Part shown: positions 52,736 to 61,057 of the stretch, one piece after another
Layout of the letters: every line of letters begins with the position of its first letter
Position numbering within the stretch: the stretch's first letter is position 1
From: Chloroflexota bacterium
Lineage (GTDB): Bacteria > Chloroflexota > Limnocylindria > Limnocylindrales > CSP1-4
Direction: 5' to 3'
Assembly (NCBI GenBank): GCA_031407755.1
Contig: JANOIS010000164.1
Span: 6,138 to 70,137 of the forward strand
Length of the DNA stretch: 64,000 bases
Translations under genes and position numbers: made by a program
The notes under the pieces: model-generated
What the model saw: the letters and a program-made list of their open reading frames with translations, nothing else
Told to the model about the DNA's origin: nothing
Database searches by the model: none

Positions 52736-53284
52736 TCACGCCCGGGTGGGCGCGGCGTCCTCCGGTTGAACGTCCCAGTCACCGTCGTCGAACGGGCTAC
52801 CGCCGGCGTCCGTGGCCGACGCGGCTTCGATCAGTGCCGCGCGCCGGTCATCCAGCATGGCGATGCCTTTCTGGATGCTCTGAAGGGTCTTCTGGACGTC
52901 GCCCTCGAGGCCCTCGAGGACACTGACGGCGTATTCGTCGGCGCCACCCCGGATCTTGTCGGCGTCGGCGTGCGCCTCGGCGATGATGCGCCGGCTGTCG
53001 GCGTCGGCCGCCTGGGTGAGTCCTCGCTCATCGATCAGGAAGGCGGCCTGCTCCTGGGCCCGGCCCACGATCCGCTCGGCCTCTTCCTGGGCCTTCTCCA
53101 TGATCCGCTCGCCCTCGGAGTTGATGCGCTTGGCGGCGCGGACCTCCTCGGGCACGGCCACCCGCAGCTCATCGATCAGACCGAGCGCGGCGTTCTGGTC
53201 CAGGACGACGTTGGTCGTGAGGGGCAGCTTCTTGCCGTTGGCGATCAGCGATTCGAGGCGCTCGACGAGGAAGATGATGTCGAT
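52736..53284 (-). CDS. Coiled-coil protein of the family often annotated ATPase / ATP synthase b-like; proposed ATC start
   Basis: The track ORF starts at GTG 53161. The same frame stays open upstream and encodes a well-formed IDIIFLVERLESLIANGKKLPLTTNVVLDQNAALGLIDELR. That stretch begins at ATC 53284, 9 nt after AAGGAGG. Upstream of that point the frame turns into Arg-rich junk. Confidence 0.55.
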   Translation of the reverse strand: MDIIFLVERLESLIANGKKLPLTTNVVLDQNAALGLIDELRVAVPEEVRAAKRINSEGERIMEKAQEEAERIVGRAQEQAAFLIDERGLTQAADADSRRIIAEAHADADKIRGGADEYAVSVLEGLEGDVQKTLQSIQKGIAMLDDRRAALIEAASATDAGGSPFDDGDWDVQPEDAAPTRA

Positions 53285-53802
53285 GGCTCGGAGCCTCCTT
53301 GTGGGGCAGGGTCGCGACCGATTATGGCACGGAGGGCGGTCGCGGCGGATGCCGGCAACATCCCCGAGATGTCGCCACCGAACGTGGCGATCTCCTTGAC
53401 CAGACTCGAGCTGACGTAGCTGTTGGCGATCGAGGTCATGAAGAACACGGTATCGATGTCTGGCGCGAGGACGCGGTTGTTGTGGGCGAGCTGCATCTCG
53501 ATCTCGAAGTCGCTGATGGCGCGCAGGCCGCGGACGACGGCGGTCGCCCCGCGCTCGCGGCAGAAGTCCACGGTCAACCCGTCGAACGACGCGATCTCGA
53601 ACCGATCGGGCGGGATGTCGGCACTCGCCAGTGCCTCGCCGATGATGGCGATCCGTGTAGCGACGGGCAGAAGTGGCTGCTTCCTCGGGTTGGCCAGCAC
53701 GGCGACGATGACCCGATCGAAGACGGCCGCCGCCCGCTCGACGATATCGACGTGGCCGTTCGTGATCGGATCGAACGAGCCTGGATAGACCGCGACGCTC
53801 AT
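53245..53802 (-). CDS. coaD: Phosphopantetheine adenylyltransferase
   Basis: The product starts MSVAVYPGSFDPITNGHVDIVERA and contains RGLRAISDFEIEMQLA and SSSLVKEI. Confidence 0.93.
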   Translation of the reverse strand: MSVAVYPGSFDPITNGHVDIVERAAAVFDRVIVAVLANPRKQPLLPVATRIAIIGEALASADIPPDRFEIASFDGLTVDFCRERGATAVVRGLRAISDFEIEMQLAHNNRVLAPDIDTVFFMTSIANSYVSSSLVKEIATFGGDISGMLPASAATALRAIIGRDPAPQGGSEPSTSSSSSSASNR

Positions 53803-54374
53803 GCGTCCTCCGTTGCTCGATAGAAGGTGAGAGCCGTCTCTCCGAAACGGCGCTCGCGTTCGGATGCTAGCAGCCCGACGCGCGCTGGCGGCGTGGTGCG
53901 CCAGAAGTGCTTGGCCACGACTCGCGCGCCGGGGGTGAGGAGCGGGCCAAGTCGTTCCAGGGCTGTGGTCAGGGCCCGTGTGTCGTCGTACGGCGGGTCG
54001 AGGATCACGAGGGTCGGCTTTGGCTCGTGGGCGCGGGCTGGGTCGCGCAGCCAGGCGAGCACGTCCGCCCGTGTGACCGTGGCCCGGGCCGGCGCCGCCA
54101 GGTTGGTCCGCTCGAGGTTGGTCCCGATCACGCTCACGGCGTGCGCGTCGCGTTCCACGAACGTGGTGTGCGTTGCGCCGCGAGACAGCGCCTCGATGCC
54201 GGCGGCGCCACTGCCGGCGAACAGGTCCAGGACGATCGCCCCGCGCAGATCGGGCTCGACGATCGCGAACAGGGTCTGCTTGACACGATCGCCGAACGGA
54301 CGGGTGCCGGGTCCGGGTGCGTCAAGCCGGATGGATCGGGCCGTGCCGGCGATCACCCGCCCGGCGTCAGGCAC
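53799..54374 (-). CDS. rsmD: 16S rRNA (guanine966-N2)-methyltransferase RsmD
   Basis: The product has VLDLFAGSGAAGIEALSRGA and LDPPY motifs. Confidence 0.9.
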   Translation of the reverse strand: MPDAGRVIAGTARSIRLDAPGPGTRPFGDRVKQTLFAIVEPDLRGAIVLDLFAGSGAAGIEALSRGATHTTFVERDAHAVSVIGTNLERTNLAAPARATVTRADVLAWLRDPARAHEPKPTLVILDPPYDDTRALTTALERLGPLLTPGARVVAKHFWRTTPPARVGLLASERERRFGETALTFYRATEDA

Positions 54375-54426
54375 CGGCGGGGCTCGCGGTGGGGCTCGCG
54401 GTGGGGTGCCTAGCGGGCGCCGAGGT

Positions 54427-54548
54427 CCGGTACTGGTAGTAGCGCGTTTCCGATGAACGCCTCGTGGAGCACCGCAGAATCGACAGGTTGCTGTCGTTTG
54501 TGCAGGTGACGGAGCGTGGTTGTGTGAATCCCGGTACTGGCAGTACCG
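54427..54548. repeat. Dispersed 122-bp element, family 2, copy 2
   Basis: It aligns without gaps to 12813..12934. Terminal hairpins are CGGTACTGGTAGTAGCG (imperfect) and CGGTACTGGCAGTACCG. An internal hairpin is CGACAG-GTTG-CTGTCG. Confidence 0.8.
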
Positions 54549-54575
54549 CGAGGCGGGCGGCCGCGCCCCGGCCCG

Positions 54576-56819
54576 TCATGAGCCGCTGGCCGGGTCCGCG
54601 GCCACGAGACGGCGGAGCCAGCCCCTCTCCAACTCCGCGGCGAGGGGCGCGAGGTCATCCCGCCCTGGATCCAGGATCCCCTGGTCGTCCAGCAAGCGTT
54701 CCGCCTGCGCCCGCGCCCGGACCGCGAGGGCCTGGTGGTCAGGCCTCACAAGGGACGCCACCCGCAACCCAGGCAACCCGCTCTGGACGAACCCGAGCAC
54801 GTCCCCCTCGCGGCGCAATTCAAAGTCCTTCTCGGCGAGCTCGAACCCGTCCGAGGTCTCGACCAGGGCCTTGAGCCGCGCCGCAGCGGTCTCGTCCGTG
54901 GTGTCCGACACGAGCACGCAGAACGAGGCCGCCGTCCCGCGGCCCACCCTCCCCCGCAGCTGGTGCAGCTGCGCCAGCCCGAACCGCTCCGCACCCTCGA
55001 CGATCATCATCGTGGCCGCCGACACGTCCACCCCCACCTCGATCACGGTCGTGCCGACCAGCACATCCAGATCCCCGTCGCGGAATCGGGTCATCTCGGC
55101 ATCTCGACTGATGGGCTTCAGGCGGCCGTGGACCAGCCCCACCCGAAGTGGGGCCAGCAGCTCGGCCAACCGGAGGGCCTCCGATTCCGCCGCCACGGCC
55201 CCCGTCGTCGACCCGTCGTCGGCGCCGTCGCTCCCCTCCTCGATCAGCGGGACCACGACGAATGTCCGGTGGCCCATGGCCGCCTCCTCACGCACCTTCT
55301 GCCACGTGGCGTCCAACGCATCCGGCCGGCGGATCCCGGTCCGGATCGGCACGCGCCCGACGGGTGGGGTCCGCAGGTCCGTGACGTCGAGGTCCGCATA
55401 CAGCACCTGGCCAAGGGTGCGCGGGATCGGTGTCGCGGTCATCAGCAGGACGTGCGGCGTGATCGTTCCCCCGGCCTTGGCCTCAAGCAGTCCGCGCTGC
55501 TCGACCCCAAAGCGGTGCTGCTCGTCGACGATCGCCAGTCCCAGCCGCGCGAACGACACCGATTCACTGAGCAGCGCGTGGGTCCCGACGATGACCGATG
55601 CCTGGCCGGAGGCGATGAGTTCATTGGCCTTCGCCCGTTCCGCGGCCTTGAGCGAACCCGCCACCAGCAGCACGTCCACGCCGAGATCCGCCAGCAACCC
55701 ACCGACCGTTTCAAGGTGCTGCCGCGCCAGCAGGTCCGTGGGCGCGAGGAGCGCCCCCTGGAATCCGGCCCGTGCCGCGGCCGCCAGGGCATAGGCGGCG
55801 ACCGCGGTCTTGCCCGACCCGACATCCCCCTGGAGCAGGCGCAACATCGGGGTCGGCGCCGCGAGGTCTGTGCGGATGGCGGACATCGCGGCGGCCTGGT
55901 CGGGGGTCAGCTCGATCGGCCGGCCGATTCGGCGTGCCAGGGCATCGGTCAGGGCCGTCCGGATTGCTGCGTCGGTCGGCGCGTCGATATCGATCACCGG
56001 CGCGCGATCGCGCCCGCGTGCGCGGCGTCGACCAACCATCCCGATCTGGAGCGCCAGCAGCTCATCGAACGCGAGCCGGCCGAGGGCCTCGTCGCGGGCC
56101 TCGAACGACGGCGGGTAATGGGCCGCCTCCAGCGCAACCGCGATGCGCGTGAGCCCCTCCTCCAGGAGCAGTGCCTCGGGCAGGTACTCGGGGTAGGCGT
56201 GGCCGGCCCGGTCGAGGGCCTCTCGCATCGCCACCCGCAGGCGTGCGGCGGTCAGCCCGGCCGTCAGCCGGTAGACCGGCACGATCCGCCCGGCGTGGAG
56301 CACCTCCCCGTCGCCCTCGATGGCCTGGAACTCGGGGTTGTCGATGGTCAGCTCGCGACCGAAGCGCTTCAGCCGGCCGGACACGACGATCTCGTCACCG
56401 GCGTGCAGACGTCGCTCGATATAGCGACGCCCAAACCAGGTGGCCTGGACGCGCCCGGTGTCGTCCGACAGCTTCGCCACCGTCCGCTGGATGCGTCGCC
56501 GCCACGACCCCTCGACCCGGATGTCGTCCACGTGGACCCGTGCCGAGACCACGGTGCCCTCCATGGCCAACACCAGATCGCCCAGGCGGGACAGCTCGCG
56601 CAGATCGTCGTAGCGCCGTGGCAGGTGGAACAGCAGGTCGCGGAGGTCGTACCAGCCAAGTCGGATACCCGCCCTGCGCAGGAGGTTGGCGGCCGTCAGC
56701 CCGGTCCGTGGCAGGGCCGTCACCAGCAGCTCGACCGGGTCGGTCGGTGGTGGCGGCGGCGTCGGGGGCTTCGCGGCTGCCGGAACCTTCGCGGCAGCCT
56801 TGGTCGCGGTCTTCGCCAC
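54576..56819 (-). CDS. recG: ATP-dependent DNA helicase RecG
   Basis: The product has a wedge/OB N-terminal region, GDVGSGKT, DEQHRFG and QLHQLRGRVGRG helicase motifs. It is 747 aa. Confidence 0.95.
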   Translation of the reverse strand: MAKTATKAAAKVPAAAKPPTPPPPPTDPVELLVTALPRTGLTAANLLRRAGIRLGWYDLRDLLFHLPRRYDDLRELSRLGDLVLAMEGTVVSARVHVDDIRVEGSWRRRIQRTVAKLSDDTGRVQATWFGRRYIERRLHAGDEIVVSGRLKRFGRELTIDNPEFQAIEGDGEVLHAGRIVPVYRLTAGLTAARLRVAMREALDRAGHAYPEYLPEALLLEEGLTRIAVALEAAHYPPSFEARDEALGRLAFDELLALQIGMVGRRRARGRDRAPVIDIDAPTDAAIRTALTDALARRIGRPIELTPDQAAAMSAIRTDLAAPTPMLRLLQGDVGSGKTAVAAYALAAAARAGFQGALLAPTDLLARQHLETVGGLLADLGVDVLLVAGSLKAAERAKANELIASGQASVIVGTHALLSESVSFARLGLAIVDEQHRFGVEQRGLLEAKAGGTITPHVLLMTATPIPRTLGQVLYADLDVTDLRTPPVGRVPIRTGIRRPDALDATWQKVREEAAMGHRTFVVVPLIEEGSDGADDGSTTGAVAAESEALRLAELLAPLRVGLVHGRLKPISRDAEMTRFRDGDLDVLVGTTVIEVGVDVSAATMMIVEGAERFGLAQLHQLRGRVGRGTAASFCVLVSDTTDETAAARLKALVETSDGFELAEKDFELRREGDVLGFVQSGLPGLRVASLVRPDHQALAVRARAQAERLLDDQGILDPGRDDLAPLAAELERGWLRRLVAADPASGS

Positions 56820-56828
56820 CAGCGCGTC

Positions 56829-58535
56829 CTATTCCGCCGAGATGAGGTACCGGTAGAAGGGCTGCCCGCCGTGTCGGACCTCGATCTCCGTGCCGGGTAC
56901 GACGCCACCGATCCGGCGGGCGAGCGCCTCGGTCTCGGCGAGGTCCGCGCCATCGCCGTAGAACAGGGTCACGAGTTCGTAGCCCGGAGTCAGGGCGGTC
57001 ATCGCCGCCAGGACGCAGGCCTCACGATCGCTGTGCACCGCGACCAGGCCGTCGTCCGGGTCCAGCGCGATCGTCTGGCCACGCTTCACCTTCTTGCCAC
57101 CGATCGTCGCGTCGCGCACGGCCTCGGTCACGACGAGGCTTTGGATCGCTCGGCCGGCGTCTGTCATCGGGCCGACATTGGCCGTGGCATCCCGAGCCGG
57201 GTCCAGGGCCAGGAGCGCGGCGAACCCCTCGGCGGCGTTGCGGGTGGGGACCACGGCCACCGGTCGGTCGCACATCGAGGCGACCTGGCGGGCGGCCAGG
57301 ATGACGTTGGGGTTGTTGGGCAGCAGAAGGATCTCGCGGGCGTTCACGGCCGCGACGGCCTCGAGCAACTCCCCGGTGCTCGGGTTGGCCGACTGGCCGC
57401 CCTGCACGACGGCCGCCACGCCGAAGTCGCGGAAGATGGCAGCCAGTCCATCCCCGGCGGTCACGGCGATGACCGCGAGAGCGGGGGCGTCGGCGGTGGT
57501 GTCCGCGATGAATGCGGCCTCGGCCCCAGTCTCGGCGGACCCGGCCTCGGTCTGGGCCCCGGTCTCGGCCGACCCGGTGAAGGCCGCGGCATGCGTCTCA
57601 CGCACGTCACGCGCCTGGTTGTCCAGGTTCTCCACGCTGATCCGGCTCATGGAACCGAGACCCAGCCCATAGCCGATCACGAGGTCCGGCCGGTCGTTGT
57701 GGACATGGACCTTGAGCGCTCGCCCATCGCCGGCCACGAGGACCGATTCACCGATCGCTTGGAGGTGGTCGCGGATCCCATCGACATCGAGCGGCTCGTG
57801 ACCGGCAGCCTGGAGCAGGAACATCGTCTCGTAGCCGAACCCCTCGTCGGCGTGGGCGACCAGGGTCGACGGCTTCGGGCCGGCACGCACGGCGCCGCGA
57901 ACCGTCGATACGGGGGCCTTGCCGACGAGGTGCAGCAGGGCACCCTGGAACAATCGATACAGGCCCTGGCCTCCGGAATCGACCACGCCGGCCTCGCGCA
58001 GGATGGCGAGCAGGCTCGGGGTGCGCGCCACCGACTTCTCGGCCGCATCGAGCGTGGCGCCCAGCACGTTCTCGATGTCGTTGTCATGCTCGGCGGCGAC
58101 CACCGCGGCGGCGGCCGATTCGCGGATGACGGTCAGGATCGTGCCCTCGACCGGTTTTGCCACCGCGGCGTACGCGGTCCGGGCGCCCTCCGAAAGGGCG
58201 TGGGCGAGGTCAAGCCCGTTGAACCGACGCTTGCCCCCAAGGCCCTCGGCCATGCCCCGGAAGATCTGGCTGGTGATGACCCCGGAGTTGCCGCGGGCAC
58301 CCATCAGCGCGCCGAAGCTGATGGCCGCCGCGATACGATCCGCCGGCTGACCCGCGACGGCCTCCGCCTCCTCGAGCGCCGCCTTGACCGTGGCGAACAT
58401 GTTCGATCCGGTATCGCCATCCGGGACCGGGTAAACGTTGAGGCTGTTGATCTCCTCGACGTGGGCCTCGAGGTTGGCGACCGCAGCGCGAAAGGCATCC
58501 AGCAGGCCCGTTCCATCACAGGCGCGTCTCGCCAC
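56829..58535 (-). CDS. yloV: DAK2 domain fusion protein YloV
   Basis: The product has NVYPVPDGDTGSNM, GARGNSGVI and VVDSGGQG. A GTG start at 58535 shares 1 nt with the yloU TAG. The track ORF is over-extended to 59219. Confidence 0.9.
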   Translation of the reverse strand: MARRACDGTGLLDAFRAAVANLEAHVEEINSLNVYPVPDGDTGSNMFATVKAALEEAEAVAGQPADRIAAAISFGALMGARGNSGVITSQIFRGMAEGLGGKRRFNGLDLAHALSEGARTAYAAVAKPVEGTILTVIRESAAAAVVAAEHDNDIENVLGATLDAAEKSVARTPSLLAILREAGVVDSGGQGLYRLFQGALLHLVGKAPVSTVRGAVRAGPKPSTLVAHADEGFGYETMFLLQAAGHEPLDVDGIRDHLQAIGESVLVAGDGRALKVHVHNDRPDLVIGYGLGLGSMSRISVENLDNQARDVRETHAAAFTGSAETGAQTEAGSAETGAEAAFIADTTADAPALAVIAVTAGDGLAAIFRDFGVAAVVQGGQSANPSTGELLEAVAAVNAREILLLPNNPNVILAARQVASMCDRPVAVVPTRNAAEGFAALLALDPARDATANVGPMTDAGRAIQSLVVTEAVRDATIGGKKVKRGQTIALDPDDGLVAVHSDREACVLAAMTALTPGYELVTLFYGDGADLAETEALARRIGGVVPGTEIEVRHGGQPFYRYLISAE

Positions 58536-58957
58536 TACGCGACGTCCGTGCCGCTGTCGGCGAGGTCGCCTGGGCGAACGCCGACCGACAGCGCAGCGGG
58601 TACGTCGGGCAGCGCCGCGCCGGACGGGACGTGCAGGCCGTCGATGTGGATGACCAGGCGGGCGACGTCGCGATCGAGGGCGCGCCGCACGGCATGGCGG
58701 ACCGCGCTGTCCACCTGGCGCGCGACCTCCGCCACCGGGACACCGAGCGCCACGATCAGGTCCAGACCGATCTCGAGCCCGTCTTCCCAGCGGACGTCGA
58801 TACCTGCGTGGCCGAGCCCGAGCCGGTCGAGGAGGCGATCGATCGAGCCGCCGGCGAGGCTGGTCACGCCATATGATCCAAGCGTCGCGGTCCGCACGAT
58901 GTCGAGCAGGGCGCGCCGGGAGACGAGCGATCGGCCGGGTGTTGGACGGATGGCCAC
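58535..58957 (-). CDS. yloU: Asp23/Gls24 family protein (YloU-like)
   Basis: The product has SRRALLDIVRTATLGSYGV and the conserved position upstream of yloV. It is 140 aa. Confidence 0.8.
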   Translation of the reverse strand: MAIRPTPGRSLVSRRALLDIVRTATLGSYGVTSLAGGSIDRLLDRLGLGHAGIDVRWEDGLEIGLDLIVALGVPVAEVARQVDSAVRHAVRRALDRDVARLVIHIDGLHVPSGAALPDVPAALSVGVRPGDLADSGTDVA

Positions 58958-59097
58958 GCGGTCTGGTGCTCCCTTGCTGGGCCTGGGTCGGGGTGCGTCC
59001 CGTGCCGGAGCCGCCGGGGGCGTGTGCTATCATACCGCCCCGCTCGGGTCCCTCGACCCGTGTGCCCCTCCATTCCGACCATTTCCTGAGGTTCCGC

Positions 59098-59295
59098 ATG
59101 GCCCGCTCCTGCGCGATCTGCGGCAAGGTTTCGATGGGCGGCTTCAACCCGCAGTCGTCGGGCATGAACCGCGTCCGAGCCCACCGTCGCATGCAACCCA
59201 ACCTGCAGCCGCTCGTCATCGATCAGAAAGGGGTCCCGACAAGGACCCTTGTCTGCACGCGCTGCCGCCGAACGAGGCTCAAGGCCTCCAAGTAG
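59098..59295 (+). CDS. rpmB: 50S ribosomal protein L28
   Basis: The product starts MARSCAICGKVSMGGFNPQSSGMNRVRAHRRMQPNLQ and is 65 aa. It is divergent from yloU, as in many monoderm-type gene orders. Confidence 0.93.
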   Translation: MARSCAICGKVSMGGFNPQSSGMNRVRAHRRMQPNLQPLVIDQKGVPTRTLVCTRCRRTRLKASK

Positions 59296-59310
59296 TCCGG
59301 GCGCCGGGCT

Positions 59311-59444
59311 CTGGCCCTGCTGATCGGTCCCATTGATCGATCCGGGCCTGGCCACGAAGAGCTGCGTCTCCCGATCGTCGTTTGGGGGCAGCACCTCCTC
59401 GTGCTGATAGCGCGATCGATCAACCAGGACGATCACGGCGCGCA
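59311..59444. repeat. Dispersed structured element, family 1, tandem copy A (134 bp)
   Basis: This copy is identical to 59481..59614 except for one position (59344 g versus 59514 a). Nested inverted repeats are TGATCG...CGATCA, TTGATCGATC...GATCGATCAA and CACGAAGAG...CTCCTCGTG. Confidence 0.9.
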
Positions 59445-59480
59445 CGTGGGCCCTTGGCGCGCCTGGCCCTTGCCACGGGT

Positions 59481-59614
59481 CTGGCCCTGCTGATCGGTCC
59501 CATTGATCGATCCAGGCCTGGCCACGAAGAGCTGCGTCTCCCGATCGTCGTTTGGGGGCAGCACCTCCTCGTGCTGATAGCGCGATCGATCAACCAGGAC
59601 GATCACGGCGCGCA
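59481..59614. repeat. Dispersed structured element, family 1, tandem copy B (134 bp)
   Basis: See copy A. The two copies are offset by 170 bp and separated by a 36-bp spacer. Confidence 0.9.
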
Positions 59615-59627
59615 GCGGGACGCGCGC

Positions 59628-60074
59628 CTACCGGTCGTCCGTGTCGAGCCAGATCGTGAACGGGCCATCGTTGGTGAGCCGAAGCTCCATCTCGGCCCCA
59701 AATCGGCCAGTCGCCACGTTCACGCCCAGCCCGCGCAGCGCGGTCGCGAGACGCAGATAGAGCCGCTCAGCCTGATCGGGCGGAGCTGCGCCGGTAAAGC
59801 CGGGCCGGCGACCACGCCGCGTGTCCGCATACAGCGTGAACTGCGATACGACCAGAGCCGCCCCACCCTTGTCGATCAATGAGCAGTTGGCCCGCCCAGC
59901 GCCGTCGCGGAACACGCGCAGCTCGCTGATCCGGCGCGCCAATCCCTCCGCGGCCGCCTCCGTATCGCCCGGCCCGACGCCGAGCAGAACGACCACGCCC
60001 AGCCCGATCTCGCCCACGACCTCACCGGCGACGGACACGGACGCACCGGTGGTGCGCTGGAGAAGGGCCCTCAC
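59628..60074 (-). CDS. dtd: D-aminoacyl-tRNA deacylase
   Basis: The product starts MRALLQRTTGASVSV and contains VSQFTLYADTRRGRRPGF and NDGPFTIWL. It is 148 aa. Confidence 0.93.
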   Translation of the reverse strand: MRALLQRTTGASVSVAGEVVGEIGLGVVVLLGVGPGDTEAAAEGLARRISELRVFRDGAGRANCSLIDKGGAALVVSQFTLYADTRRGRRPGFTGAAPPDQAERLYLRLATALRGLGVNVATGRFGAEMELRLTNDGPFTIWLDTDDR

Positions 60075-61057
60075 CCGGGTGACGGCGGGGGTGACGGCGG
60101 GAACGTCGCGCGCCAGGCATCGGCCTCGGCCAGGAACTGGTCCCGCGATGGCCCATGATGCTCGACGAGATGGATCTGGACCGTCTCCGGCACGATCAGA
60201 TCGTAGTCGCGGACACCATCGGGGTTGATCTGCCCATCGCCGCGCAGCATGATCACCGGGATGCCGGTCGCCTCGATCTCGGCCATCAGCTGGCGCGCCA
60301 GGTGCATCGGGAGCGAGACGAAGCGGGTCATCCGGTCCGGCGGGATCGGACGCACCCCGTCATTCAGACCGTAGCGGAAGCCGTCATCGGCCAGTGCCCG
60401 GATGAGCCGGATCTCGCGGCCCATGTCGCGGCCTTTCATGAACAGCGCCGAGCCGACGACGTAGACATCGATTCCGAGGGCGCCCGCGATCTCCACCGTA
60501 TCGCGATTGATCCCGCCATCGACATGCAGCTCGCCGCCGTACAGCGGGCGACGAAGCAAGGCGCGCGCACCCGGCGCCTTCGCCGCCAGCACATCGCCCA
60601 TGAATTTCTGGCCGCCGAAGCCAGGTTCGACGGTCATGATCAGGATGATGTCCAGGAACGGCGTGTACGGCTCCAGCGCACTGAGCGGCGTCCCCGGGCG
60701 CAGGGCCAGCCCCGCCGCCCGACCGGCCGCCCGGATGGTCCGGAGCGTCGGCTCGATGGGTTCCTCGATCTCGACGTGGATCGTGATCGAATCGCATTTC
60801 GCGTCGATGAACTCCTCGATGTACCGCCCAGGTTCGCTGATCATCAGGTGCGCATCGAAGGGCACCTCGGTCCGCTTGCGCAGATGCTTGATGGTCTTGG
60901 CGCCAAACGTCAGGTTCGGGACGAAGTGACCGTCCATGACGTCGAGATGGATGCGGTCCGCGCCGGCTTTGGCTACACGTCGGACCGCGTTGCCAAGATT
61001 GCCGAGGTCCGAATCGAGGATGCTCGCGGCAACCCGAGCTCGGTTGACGGTCACCAC
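60071..61057 (-). CDS. rpe: Ribulose-phosphate 3-epimerase with a C-terminal extension of about 100 aa and unknown function
   Basis: The product has HLDVMDGHFVPNLTFG, DAHLM, MTVEPGFGGQKF and VDGGIN. It is 328 aa versus about 220 aa typical. Confidence 0.9.
   Translation of the reverse strand: MVTVNRARVAASILDSDLGNLGNAVRRVAKAGADRIHLDVMDGHFVPNLTFGAKTIKHLRKRTEVPFDAHLMISEPGRYIEEFIDAKCDSITIHVEIEEPIEPTLRTIRAAGRAAGLALRPGTPLSALEPYTPFLDIILIMTVEPGFGGQKFMGDVLAAKAPGARALLRRPLYGGELHVDGGINRDTVEIAGALGIDVYVVGSALFMKGRDMGREIRLIRALADDGFRYGLNDGVRPIPPDRMTRFVSLPMHLARQLMAEIEATGIPVIMLRGDGQINPDGVRDYDLIVPETVQIHLVEHHGPSRDQFLAEADAWRATFPPSPPPSPG

Noticed and set aside
54735-59336. Very long plus-strand ORF (1533 aa), and similar ones at 44956..47820, 9904..11829, 21184..22947, 52235..53419 and 12850..13875.
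   Set aside because: Their products are Arg/Gly/Asp/His-rich with no recognisable motifs. They lie exactly antisense to genes with unambiguous homology (recG/yloV, smc, the ABC genes, infB and so on). Long antisense ORFs are expected in GC-rich DNA because stop codons are rare.
59223-59614. Small proteins encoded by the family-1 repeats. The minus-strand translations VIVLVDRSRYQHEEVLPPNDDRETQLFVARPGSINGTDQQGQ and [43 protein letters not shown] look similar.
   Set aside because: The similarity is confined to the parts encoded by the conserved palindromic nucleotide blocks, and the middle diverges completely at the amino-acid level. Stop positions and lengths are not conserved: one copy runs 118 aa into rpsO in another frame. 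Both strands give equally similar peptides. Nucleotide-level structural conservation explains the pattern better.
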